NCBI GenBank assembly: GCA_964016885.1
Contig: OZ024740.1
Coordinates: 391,654,001-391,718,000, forward strand
Length of the DNA: 64,000 nt
Direction: 5' to 3'
Source: Eledone cirrhosa
Taxonomy: Eukaryota
Part shown: one piece after another, positions 24,330-37,246 of the stretch
How positions within the stretch are numbered: the first letter of the stretch is position 1
How the letters are laid out: each line of letters starts with the position of its first letter
The notes under the pieces: generated by a model
What the model saw: only the letters and a program-made list of their open reading frames with translations
What the model was told of the DNA's origin: nothing
Databases searched by the model: none
Made by a program: the position numbers and the translations under genes

Positions 24330-25560
24330 AAAATACGCCTGGAGATGAGAAAATGTAGATAGAGGCGCTTGTAAGGAATCTAACCAGGCATCGTTTGTAT
24401 AAACAAAGTGGTTGATTCAGCACACTCGAAGATCGGATTACAATTTTTGTTACAGGAAAATGAAAGGAGGAAAATGAAAGGTGTTCCGACTCAAAATTGG
24501 GTATAGAACAATTGGTATGTCCTTCGACACCACTGCCTTTAACACCGGCATGCAACAAGGAGCCAATACAAACATTGACGCAGCTCTGAAAAGATCCATC
24601 TTATGGCTGGCTTTCCACTATCACATTCTTGAACTGGTTTTGAAGAAAGTCTTTCAGATCTTTTACCCATCATCTGGTCCCTGTCACCCACTGTTCAAAT
24701 AGTTCCGGGAAAGTTGGGACTCCATAGATAAATCTCATCACCAAACTATCCTAGGCGATGATGAGCCCATAGAAGATTTTTTCAAGCAAGAGAGAGGAAA
24801 TGATTGAATATCTATGCTTTCTGGAGATCAACGAGAAGACTGTGTCGAGTTCATAAACCCCTCGCTTCTCTGTCGTGGTAGTTCTCCATCTCCCCAATTC
24901 TCAGGCTCGTTGGATGGCTAAGACCATATATGTGATCCAGATAGTTCTGTTCAAAGAACAACTTAAGCTTACACCACGTGAGTCAAGACATCTATAAAAA
25001 TTCGCTTACTCTGTGAGTCTGGTGTTTGTAAAATTCTGGAACGAAGCAATGGTTTCCAGATGGGCCCCAAAGAATGATCTCGGTTTGATGAAGCTGTTAC
25101 TAATGCATCCTGGCCAACAAACAGATCGGAACTGGGGCAGAGGCTATACTTCGGCGACACCTGTGTTACTTGTCAAAAGAGTTAGTGGCATTCGCTTTCT
25201 TTGACAAAAGATTTGGACTGGATAAGAAGAAAAAATAAATTCAAAATTCTAACAAAAGAGGGGGAAAAGAAGGGATGAAGAAGGTCGAAGGGAAAAGAAT
25301 GATTTACGGCAATAAAGAACTGACTAATTTCGTTACGAAGAAAACAAATAACTTCTTCCATCTGCTCGACCTTTTCCCAAACAATTTGGATTTTTGCACT
25401 GTCGGCGATATCAAAGCATCTGTTGATGCTCTAAAAGTTGTGAATGACACTGTTGAGCGAGGTATTTGTCTCATAAAGAGGTTTACTGATTCTACGAAGG
25501 ATGAATATCAGTAACAGTTCCTCCTAGAAATTATTGTGGAGTAAAAGAAACAAGTGCCCT
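24330..25560 (+). pseudogene. Degraded hATm-like DDE transposase
   Basis: GMSFDTTAFNTG, ILWLAFHYHILELVL and LKVVNDTVERGICLI motifs in broken frames. Confidence 0.7.
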
Positions 25561-26041
25561 AAGGACAAAGGGCGCAGTTTCTGGTTATAAATTTCATTCA
25601 TAAAAAGTGTTTCTTTCTTTAACTCCAATATTATTGTGTATTTAGAACGTATTCCTCCTGCTTATTTTCATTTCATTTCGTTCTGTCATGGGGTTTCCTC
25701 ATTGGATTCAGTAAAGTTAACAGAAAAGACAATATACTATAGGCCAGTTCCAAAAAATCGTCATATATAGAAATATGTGAAAGTGTGCAACCTCTCAATA
25801 ATATTCTATTGACCTATAATTCGGCATATTTCGTTATTTCATCAACTCAATCAAGGGTGTAATCAATATGAGATGAGTGACAAATAGTTTGCAAAATGGA
25901 ACACCCTAATATATATATATATACGCACATATTAAATATATATATTTATAAAATAGAGGTACATATTCTTATAGATACATTTGTATACGTGTGTGTGCAT
26001 GTGTGTGCTTGTGTGTGTGTGTATGTATGTGTGTGTATGTA

Positions 26042-26151
<110 letters not shown>

Positions 26152-27259
26152 GGAACGATTTCAAATTTGATGATATATTTTTGTATTTAATAAAAAAAAA
26201 TGTCAACGAAGCAGACAAATGTTGGAAGTAAAATTTGATGTGTTAGTAATATCAACATTATAAGATGTGCTTTATAAATCAGTATTGATTTCTTTGGCTG
26301 GACAACAAGTCGCTCTTAGTTTCAATGGACATTGACCTCTTCTCTGATGTCGAAGATTATATTTGGAATGTCGTTATTTTATCCATTTGTTCAGTTAGAG
26401 CTTTAATTCTGTAAGAAAGATGGACACTTAATGGAGATATCTTGCGTAGCATCATTTTTCAGTAACTAACTGACACCCAAACATTTCTTTTCCGTTATAT
26501 CAAAAATATGAAGCAATGAACTAGAAAACCTTTGCATCCATTTAAGTATTTGTACCGCTATAATATTAATTAAATACACTTAGGAATATTCAATGTCGTG
26601 GTGTAAGACATTTCACGAATTATTACGGTTGAAATGAACATTTTAATTGTAACATCAATCATATGAGAAGATAATAAACCGAATTTTGTTTTCCTGCAAG
26701 AAGCAAACACGGATAACACCAATGGAATCGGTTGCTGAGCTGATGTTTAGCATTACTTTGTTGTTGTTAATGTGTCATGTGGTATTGGTAGTGTTGTTAT
26801 TGATGATAAGGGATATAATGATGTTGATAGCGAGAGCTGTGATAGTGGTGGTAATTATAAAGATAGTTTATATATTTGAAGATGAAAATTGCATTCCTGA
26901 TGATTCAGCCAATTTCAGCACTTATTAACATGATTAATGTTCAGAAAATTTCCATTTAATATTAAGGTGGTAGGTGGAACTAGACCTGCGCGAATGGAAT
27001 AAGCGAAACACACATTGCAAAACGATATGTCTACTACTACTACTACTACGTACATATTGTATATGTATATATGTGGTATGTCACCTTTAATAAGTATTTG
27101 TAACTTCAAATGGTTCAGGGGGGGGGGCTTACTTGGGGAAAACAATGATTGCGGAGATTTTCGGTGTGTTAAGCGGGATAGCGCTAGAGCGATTTTAAAT
27201 AAATTTATCTATTAGTCACGGGAATGGGTCTGGCTACCATAGATTATTATGCAATGTAG

Positions 27260-27675
27260 TCATTGCAGATAATAAGTATTATTAATTGTTTATTCTTATA
27301 CAGTAACTGCATAATATGACAGATATAGCTTGAAAACGTCTGTTTCCCTCCATACTGTTATTTAGAGCGGGTTGGTGGTTGGGTTTACGGAGTATGATTC
27401 AAGAATGGATGATGTCTGAAGTAGGAACTACAGATGATGTCTGGGATCTAGTATAGACATTTAGTTTGTAATTGGGTTTGATTTTAATGGGTGTATCAGT
27501 TTGGTATTCTTATCTGCTGGGTGTTGTGTTTATTGTTGGCTTTGTTTTCTAAGTGTATCATTTACATATTGGGCTATTCGGTGATTACTTTGTGTTTGTT
27601 CTAGTTGTATCTACGTTCAGATTTAGGTGTTTGATAGCCCTATATATATATATGTGTGTGTATGTGTGTGTGTGC

Positions 27676-27748
<73 letters not shown>

Positions 27749-27966
27749 CAAACCCAATTACAAACTAAATGTCTATACTAGATCCCAGACATCATCTGTA
27801 GTTCCTACTTCAGACATCATCCATTCTTGAATCATACTCCGTAAACCCAACCACCAACCCGCTCTAAATAACAGTATGGAGGGAAACAGACGTTTTCAAG
27901 CTATATCTGTCATATTATGCAGTTACTGTATAAGAATAAACAATTAATAATACTTATTATCTGCAA

Positions 27967-27969
<3 letters not shown>
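27260..27969. repeat. ~227-bp inverted repeat pair flanking unique sequence plus (TG)n
   Basis: 27260-27486 is the reverse complement of 27743-27969; the right arm sits between (TG)n and (TA)n. Confidence 0.9.
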
Positions 27970-28051
<82 letters not shown>

Positions 28052-28147
28052 CAATGAAATTAAACACAAAACTGTTAATTCATAGTATGAATTTTTTTAA
28101 TAAGTTTCTAGTGTTCTCGCTATGCCTGGAGACCTATACGGAAAAAG

Positions 28148-28230
28148 ACTTTCCTGATGACGGAATGATTTTCTATATGTTTCTTCGGAAAATATATTTA
28201 CTCCATTCCAGAAACTAATTAGTTGGAAGT
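28148..28230 (+). ncRNA. Type I hammerhead with extended stem II
   Basis: ACTTTC-CTGATGA-c-GGAATG-[~36 nt]-CATTCC-a-GAAA-CTAATTAG-TT-GGAAGT. Confidence 0.85.
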
Positions 28231-28672
28231 GATTTTTTAGTAAGTAAGTTAATTTTATAATTTTCTTATTTTACGTCTCTCATATTATTGTTCTGCAACC
28301 CCATGCATTGAACCACATTGTTAATAAGACAAAACCTATATATTTGCTAGCATTGATATGCATCTGTGTGTATATAAATGTTACTAGATATAAATTCCTT
28401 ATAATTATCTCCAATTCATTTGTCGAGCAATATTTGGCCATGACTGCTACTATGGTAGTAAGCTGGCCGCTGTCTTAATAACCACTCGCTTTCCACTGAT
28501 TGACCTCGATGTCACGTGATTGATTCTTTTTGAATTTGCCACAGACGTAGAGGCAGTGATTTTCTCAATGGCTTGGAATCCAGTCCACGCTTCGCTATTT
28601 CCATTCCACTGAATTATTTTTTTAATAAGTTTCCAGTGTCCTCGCTATGCCTGGAGACCTATACGGAAAAAG

Positions 28673-28755
28673 ACTTTCCTGATGACGGAATGATTTTCTA
28701 TATGTTTCTTCGGAAAATATATTTACTCCATTCCAGAAACCAATTAGTTGGAAGT
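28673..28755 (+). ncRNA. Type I hammerhead with extended stem II (second unit)
   Basis: Same as 28148-28230 except stem III reads CCAATTAG. Confidence 0.8.
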
Positions 28756-28921
28756 GATTTTTTAGTAAGTAAGTTAATTTTATAATTTTCTTATTTTACG
28801 TCTCTCATATTATTGTTCTGCAACCCCATGCATTGAACCACATTGTTAATAAGACAAAACCTATATATTTGCTAGCATTGATATGCATCTGTGTGTATAT
28901 AAATGTTACTAGATATAAATT

Positions 28922-29032
<111 letters not shown>

Positions 29033-29334
29033 TAGAGAGAGAAATATAGATATATAGATATAGATAGATATATTTCTTTTATTTGCCACTAGGGCATCAA
29101 AAGTGGGACAAGTACAAAGGGGGGAGTTTACACAAAAAGGCGTCCTCAATAAGGAGGAGGCAATAACAAAATATAAAAATAAAATAAGATATAACAAAAA
29201 ATAAAATTTTTAACAAAATCCTCAATAGAGAGGAGGCGCCTTGGGGGGTCGCACACACCCCCGAAAAAAGTGTGCAACCCTTCTCCTCAGGAGCACAGAG
29301 AAGGGGTGCTCCCTTGGTCTTTCATCTTCCTCAC

Positions 29335-32300
29335 CTATAGTCTGATGTAGAGTGAAGGCCCATTCACACGGGCCATTCTCGCCACTTTCACCCATCTTTC
29401 ATAGAAACGGCTGGGGTGCAGCACCTCTCTCTCCATCCTGATCCTTCTTCCGAAATGATATCGGAAGAAACGGACCAGTTGTTGGCCAGAGAGAAAGGTG
29501 CCCGACCTCAGTCCTTTCAGACGCGTCCACCATACAACCTCTTTCGCCATGGCTATTACGCACAGAAACACCGCCTCTGCTTCATCTTTGAAGGGGGGAG
29601 GCGGCTTGATCATTACAATAGACTCGGTGGTCAACCGGATCGGTCCCACCCTTGACAGCAGTTGTTCGACATAGCCCCACAGATCGGCTACGCCCGAGCA
29701 GTGTACTAATGCGTGTGCAACGGTTTCCTCGTCGCACACGCATCTGGGACAGATCTTTTTGGCGGGGTCCCTACCTGGGCGCCCGTGTCTGTAGAGCCTT
29801 TCTCGAACGGGTAAAGCCCCTCGGTAGCACTGCCAGGCCAGGGACTTCTGGAAGTTGTCCATAGGTCCCGGGCTGAATGTCCTACCGAACAGGCTGGCCA
29901 GTTCGTCCTCCTCCATGTCTAGGGCTTCTCCGAGGGCGTCGTCGCACCTGCTGCGTACCAGCCCTCTATAGAATGTTGCGGTGGAGTCTCCACTGATAAC
30001 CGGATCCGCCTGCCAGAGGGCGGTGAGCGCCTGGGCACACTCAGTGTGCCAGGCGCCCAGTTTTCTCGGTCTTTGCTTGACCCAGGATTGCAGCTCGGTG
30101 AGTGAGACGAGTCTGGGAAAGGTTCGTCTCACAAACGAGGCCCACACCGGTTGTCCGGTGAGGAATACGTAGAGGTGCCGTAGCCTTAATGCGTGTTTAC
30201 GCATCATTAGCCACGGCATCCCCAGCCCTCCTTTCGAAGGGTGTTGACAGCAGATGGATCTCCTCACCATAGGAGCCCGCCTCTTCCAAAGGAATTGGAA
30301 GAGCGCGCGCTCCATCTTGGTGAGGGTTTCCCTTGGGCAGGGCACTACGGTCAGGCGGTAGTAGATGACGGACGCTATGTAGGTGTTCGCCACCTCCGCC
30401 CGACCTTTCAGGGATAGTTTGCAACTGGTCCACTTCTGGGTCAGTGCAAACACCCTGTTCGTAACCTCCGCCCAGTTTTTCTCCACCTGGAGGTCCGGTC
30501 CGAACCAGACCCCGAGCAACTTCACCGGGCCCTCCGTCCAGCGTCCGACGACGCTATCGGAGGGCATCGGTCTGCCCCTCCACGTGCCGAGTTGCAAACC
30601 GATCGACTTGTCCCGGTTCAGCTTAGCCCCTGTGAACTTTTCGTACTCCTCCAGTAAGGTGCCGACCGCCTCGATTTCGGAGGCCGTCGACACCATTACT
30701 GTCACGTCATCGGCGTAGGCCGACACCGCTTTCCGCAATCCCGGTTCCAAAGGGATGCCCTGCAACAACTCCAACTTCCGCAGTAGTGGCTCGAGAGTCA
30801 ACACATACAGAAGGGAGGAGAGAGGGCACCCTTGTCGGATGGACCGCGCGATTTTGAACGGCTCCGAGAGGTAGCCGTTCACCTTGACCCTAGAGCAGAT
30901 GCGGCTGCTGTGCATAGCAGTGATCCAGCCCCTGAAAACGGGTCCGAAGCCTGCCGCCGCTAGCACCGCATCCAGGTAACCATGGTCGACCCTATCCAAC
31001 GCCTTAGATTGATCCAAGTTGATCAGAGCCCCACCAAAGCCGGGTTCGTTCCCAACCCTCTCTATGATGTATCGCATGAGGTGGAGGTTGTCATGGATGG
31101 ACCTGGACGGGATAGCGCATGTCTGCGCATCTCCCACCAGGTTGCCCACGACAAGCGCCAACCTCTTTGCTAGCACCTTGGCCAAAATCTGTAACTCTGT
31201 ATTTAGCAGTGTTATGGGCCTGAAGTTACTTATTTCGTCCCCCTTGTTCTCGTCCTTCCTCACTAGCGTGACTACGCCCTTGGTCACAGTACAGGGAATT
31301 CTCCCGTTCTGTTGCCAGTTGCAGTAGACCGCCTCGAGGAGATCGGGGAACAAGTCCGGCATAGCTAGATATAATTCGTAAGGAAGACCATCGAGACCCG
31401 GGGATTTGCGTTTGCCGCATTGGCTCAGCACGTCCTCTATCTCAGCGGCCGAAATCGGCTCCTCGCAGGACTTCGCCTCCCTGTCCGAGAGGCGCGGCAG
31501 GCCGTCGAGGTATGGACCGAAGTCCACGTTCCCAGCCGGCTCCCCGCCCCCCCTCCGAACAGTCGGGCAAAGTGCCTTTGAAAGGCCTCACACATCTGCT
31601 TAGGCTCAAGAATCGCCCGTCCATCCAGGTCTCGCAAAGACCGGATGGTGGATTTAGTTCCACTGTTGGCCTCTGTCACGCGGGCCCAGCTAACAGCTTT
31701 GGTCCCCTCGTTCCCTAGAGCACGTATTTTACTTCGGACAACGCAGCCTTCGTACTTCGCGTCGAAAAACTGGCTCAAAGCCGTTCTCGACGCTAGCACT
31801 CTGGCCACGTCGCCGCTTCTAATTGCCTCTTCTACTCTATCTATTAGCTCCCTTTCCTTCCTATTCCTATCCGCAGCTAGAACCTTACTAAATTCTATCG
31901 AGACTACTCTAATCTCTCTCTTTAGAGATACCCACCACCTGCTGTTGACGATCGCTCCAGTCAACCGTTCCTTAACTAACGTACTAATCCGATTCCTGTA
32001 GGCTCTACTTGCCGACAAGGACAAGTTGAGCTTCCAGTAACCGGGGCCCTGTCTATGAGTTCTGTCAAGGTTGACCATGCAGGTCACTAATTTGTGGTCT
32101 GAATAGCCAACAATGCGCATTTTTGGACAACTTAAAAAGTCCTTATCCTTAATTCTAACTAAGAACCTATCTAGGTACGACCTAGATGATCCGCTACGAT
32201 TTGCCCAAGTCCAGGTTGGCGCAGTCGGAAAATCTAGTCGATATCTATCGGCCAGGTCAAATCGACCGATTAACCCTTTGAGGCTATTACACCCCTCTCT

Positions 32301-32774
32301 ATCGGGGCAGGCCCCTACGTAGTCCCAGCGTGCATCTAGGATACCATTCCAGTCCCCCACTAATAGCAAGGAGCGGGACGTCCCTAGAAAAGTCTCCAGA
32401 CGATGGAAGAAGTCCGGCCGCATTGACCCGAAAGGGTCGTAGGCGGCTACCAACCTAAACGCTCCGCCTTTACCACTGCCAAGGTCCAGAACCACTAGTC
32501 GACCCTCCGGGTCCAAATGTACCATCTGTGTTGCGAGACCCAGATGTTTTTGCAGCAGAACGACAACTCCACCCCCACCTCCGGGCTGACAGAGAGATGC
32601 GTGCATCTCAAAGTCATCAAAGGTGGGGGCCAGCTGTCGCACGTTGCTGATCCGGGCCTCGCAAATAACCATCACATCTATACGTTGTGACCTGAGGTCA
32701 TTTAGAAGCATTGCTTGCTTCCAAGTTGAGCCCAGGCCACGCGCATTTAAACAGCCTACTCTTAGCATAGCCAT
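29335..32774 (-). pseudogene. LINE ORF2 (APE-RT-zinc finger) with one frameshift near 31530-31555
   Basis: EN in 31437-32798 (LNARGL, VGDWN, SDH); RT in 29335-31527 (RQGCPLS, AYADD, CPRC..ETVAHALVHC). Confidence 0.92.
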
Positions 32775-32798
32775 GTTGGTGGTGAAGAGAAAAGGCAC

Positions 32799-34597
32799 TT
32801 ACCTCTCTGCGTCCCGGGTATCGGGCTGCACAATTTCCATTAGGGTGGGGGATGGGTTGTTGGGTGGGGTGGTGGTTTGTGGAAGTGTGGGGGCATCAGT
32901 GTGTTGTGTGGTTGGGGAGCTTGGAGTTGTGAGGGTGTTTGGGGAGGGGGTGGGATAGTTTTTTTAGGAGGACGCGGTTAATGGGCCCGACGCAGGGGGG
33001 ACCCACGTCCTCTTTAAAATTGTTTTTTAAAGTTTTATAGGTGTCCTGTGGGGCCTTAATCATTTTGAGGTGGGGGAAATCCCCTGCCTGGGTGAAGTTA
33101 GGCCCTTGTGTTTTTATTAGATTGTTGTTGTACACAATGTTTAACAGTTTTTTGTTTCTTGTATTTATGTATGTGTATGCATGTTTTTGTTTTTGTGTGG
33201 TGTTTTTTGTTTGCTGTTGTGAGCTCTTTTGTGTTGGTGTCAGTGTTATGTTTTGGGGAGGGGTTTTTTTCATTTGTGTGTCTGAGGTGTGTTTTCTTTT
33301 TTTTCTTTTGATTGTGTGGAAGTGCTCCTCCTCGTCTGACGACGAACTAGGGTCATCTTCCGCGTTGGAGGGGAGGGGTATATTTTCGGGTTGTGTTTGC
33401 GGTACGGGTGTTTTGGAAATTGTTTTTGTTTTTTGAGTGGAGGGGATGGGTTGGACATTGTTTTGTTTTGGTTTGAGCTGTGGTGGTTGTTTTTGTAGTG
33501 GTAGTTGTGGTGATTGTGTTGGTTGTGCAGTTGTTGGTGGTGTAGGCAGGATTGGGGTTTTCTTATTAAGTTGGGGACAGACAGCCCTCAGGTGACCTCT
33601 GGTTCCGCAGAGGTAACACGAGGGCCGTCTACCCTCAACGGTAATGTTGATGAAGGTTAGATCATCCAGTATGACGCGTTCAGGGATCTGGGCGATCCTT
33701 TCGGGCCTCATTTGAACTACAAGTTCGAGGCTCGTTCCACTGAACGCGTCACCCGATGCCTTTCCCATGGACACCAGCATGTCATCCTCCAGGTCCAGAA
33801 AACCTGTCAAAACCCACCATATGTCCATAATCGGCAGGATGGTGTGGATTTTTATTTTTTGTGTTCTTCTACCCATGTACGTAGGGTAGAAGGTGTATGC
33901 GGTGGATGTGATTGGTTTGATGGACAGTTTCACTGCTGTGTCCCTGTCCTTCATGAGAATGGATAGACTCCCGTAGAGTCTATCCTTCTGAATGAAGGTG
34001 ATGTCCTTCATGACGTCTTTTAAAACCAGCTCTATCTCGCTCTGTGATGGTTGAGCTGGTTTTTTACTTTTGTTCGAGATTGTCCTAAACATGACCGTGT
34101 TTAGGAGTCTCTGGCTTTTTAGTTCCGGGGGGGGGGGGGGATGGATTGTGAATGAACCATTTTCCCCGTACACTATATATTTTTTCGCATCCGCCAGTAG
34201 CTCCTTCGCTTTTGTTATATCTACTGGCAGATAGTCGAGGGTTTTCCTTGTCGTCTCGGCGAAGGAGAAATTTTGTTTGTTTGTTTGTGTTGTTGTTGTC
34301 GTTGGTGGTGTTGTTGTTATCATTGTTGTTGTTGTCACCGTTATTGGTCTTGTTGTTGTTATTGTTATTGTTATTGGTGTTGTTTTCGTCCGTCGCATTG
34401 TTGTTGTTGTTGCTGTTGCTGCTGGTTCTTTGGGTTGTTGCCATGGCAACGTCAAGTTGTCGGTTAACAGGTGGAGAGAATTCTTCCTCTGGCTGACCTA
34501 TCTTCTTGACCTCTGCTACTGTGACAGTGGCAGGGGGAAGCTGTAAGTTCATCTTCCCCTTTCCTCCTTCGAATTTTGGTGAAGAAGCTTCGGCCAT
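32799..34597 (-). pseudogene. LINE ORF1 with CCHC knuckle; frameshift at the G run 34126-34140 and probably another near 32960
   Basis: MAEASSPK start, Asn-rich segment, CYLCGTRGHLRAVC. Confidence 0.8.
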
Positions 34598-34852
34598 TTA
34601 AAAAAATATTGACTTTTCAACAAGAAAAAACTTTTTTTTTTTGTTTAACTATTTCGCCTAAAGGCGTAGAATATTTTGAGAGACTGACCAGATCAAAGTT
34701 TGACCTGGCAGTCCCTCTACAAAATGGTACAAAAATTAAAGTTATCAGACAAGAATTTCTATAGAAATTTAAACAGAACTTACTCAGCAAGTTATACGCG
34801 TGTGTCCATCCCAGAGATAGATAGATAGATATATAGATATACATATATATTT

Positions 34853-35020
34853 ATTTAATATAGAAATGGCTTTTACAGGACTAGAACTGTTTCATTCGGG
34901 AGAAATCACCAGGAAGCCCCTGATGATTTCTCCCGAATGAAACAGTTCTAGTCCCGTAGAAGCCATTTCTATATTAAATATTTATACTCTGCTCTGTATT
35001 GAGTACCTTACTTACTGACT
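34853..35020. mobile_element. Second inverted hammerhead cassette of the 23749 family
   Basis: Palindrome 34853-34981; minus-strand hammerhead 34869-34917 with core mutated to CTGGTGA; plus-strand core at 34920 with truncated stem I. Confidence 0.8.
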
Positions 35021-35336
35021 GTGGTATATATATATATATACATATATATATATGTATATATGTATATATACATAGAGGGGGGGGGGGGTAGAGAGAGAGG
35101 TAGATAGAGAAAGGTAGAGAGAGAGAGAATGAGTGATAAAGACAAGAACAGGGATTTGTGAAATATTCAAGGTGATTGTAAACACCGATTGATGAGGAAA
35201 AGGGAAAGTAATCAAGTGTACTGAATATGTACATATATATGTGTGTATGCATGTGAGCGCCTGATAATATATATATGTATACATATGTTTATATATTTCA
35301 ATGTGTGCGTGTTTGTATGCATATATATATATATAC

Positions 35337-35420
<84 letters not shown>

Positions 35421-36282
35421 TTCATGTACACATTTAAACACATATATATATATATATCATATATATACTCATAATCAAACAAAACATATAAAGCATTTAT
35501 TTCATTTCATCTCATCGTTTGTATTTTATAATTATATATTTTGATACATCTGAAAGAATGGACCAAATTATATGTTGAATACATGCAATGCTAATAAAGG
35601 TCAGTAAAAAATTGAATTGTTGTTATTGAAATGGTATAGATACAGTGTTCAAATGAAGGACATTTGAAAAATACGCATTACAAGATACATGGAAATTGGA
35701 ACAATACACAATAGAAGTGTAAATATTGAGGATATATTGTTGAAGATTAGAATGATGTTAGATTAATTTATAAGTGAAAGGTAATTTGAAAGTGAGATGC
35801 ATTCGATTAACGATAGAAGTGACTGAGTAACACATAAAATCATTGGTTACAATAAACTATACAACAAATCATTAGTAGTTGAATTCTGATCTGAGAAAAT
35901 AGAGAATATGTTATGTCATCTACTAGTTTCATTCCTAGTATTGTAGCAGTTCTGGGATGTCATCTGGGGTGTCATCTGGGAGTATAGTCTGTCTTGTTTA
36001 TATTTTTATCAATCTTGTGAAGACCTGAGAAATACCGAACAAATGTAGTTAAAACAGACAATATTATTGGTATTAGGGCGGTGAATTGGCAGTATCGGTA
36101 GAGAATTCAAAATGGCTAAGAATTGTCACATGGCCAGTGGTCAAGTCAGAAAGCTTGTGATTGGTGCCTGACGGCGAGTAGGCTGGTTGCTAGAAAGCGC
36201 AGCCGAATACTGCCTAAAGTTTTACTCAACCATACGGGAGTATATAAAATATATAGCTTTACATATACATAAACTAGACAGA

Positions 36283-36337
<55 letters not shown>

Positions 36338-36531
36338 TTTTGGCAACCATTCACGGTGTGGCTTAATGACGAATTAATTAATTAAATAATCAACAATCAG
36401 AGCAATATATAAGAAAGTAAGTCCATAGATTCATTTGATAAAATATATACAGTATTTCTCCTCCCAATCAGCATAATTAACCACACTAAAAAATCAATTA
36501 AACGAGGCTATAAGTTTTAAATGTACCTATC

Positions 36532-36578
<47 letters not shown>

Positions 36579-36580
36579 AG

Positions 36581-36640
<60 letters not shown>

Positions 36641-37194
36641 AGATGAAATATTTGTTAATTATTAGGTATTGCCACTGTTTAAAGAAGTTAGATGGATCTA
36701 TTCGCAATAGTATTTTGTGTTATATATAGAGTCAGTTACAGGGATTGAACATAACCCGATGCACGTTATGACAATAAATGAAATATGATGTCATAAAAGT
36801 ATTTGTTCTGCTTTTACTGCAGTAGAGATCACTTTCCCTGAAATACCTGGCTTTCAGGTGTGAGTTTTAACCTTTTCTGACGAATATTTAATAAAATCAA
36901 CCAAAATATATTTTGCGTAGTATTTAAAATATTAAAAAGAAGGAAGGCAGAAATGGAGTCTGGTAGTTCGTTTAATCTCGTTCTGCTCTGTAAAACCCTA
37001 CTAGAATCGACGTTGCCACTCATTGCTCTCTGATGCCGATAACATGTATACCAGCCACGTACTTGAGTTGGTTCGATCGATTTATTCGGCTATACATTTC
37101 CTTTGCAAATTTGTAAATACAAAATCAATATTTCTATTTCTTTAACACCTTGTGTGCAAGCATTCACATGCCAAGAAATAGACAGTTATCGATG

Positions 37195-37244
<50 letters not shown>

Positions 37245-37246
<2 letters not shown>

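Larger units (their letters stand above)
29072..34812 (-). mobile_element. Full-length Tx1/L1-clade LINE, family B, inserted in (TA)/(GATA)n
   Basis: ORF1, ORF2 and UTRs; gatatagataga-type repeats on both flanks. Confidence 0.95.
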
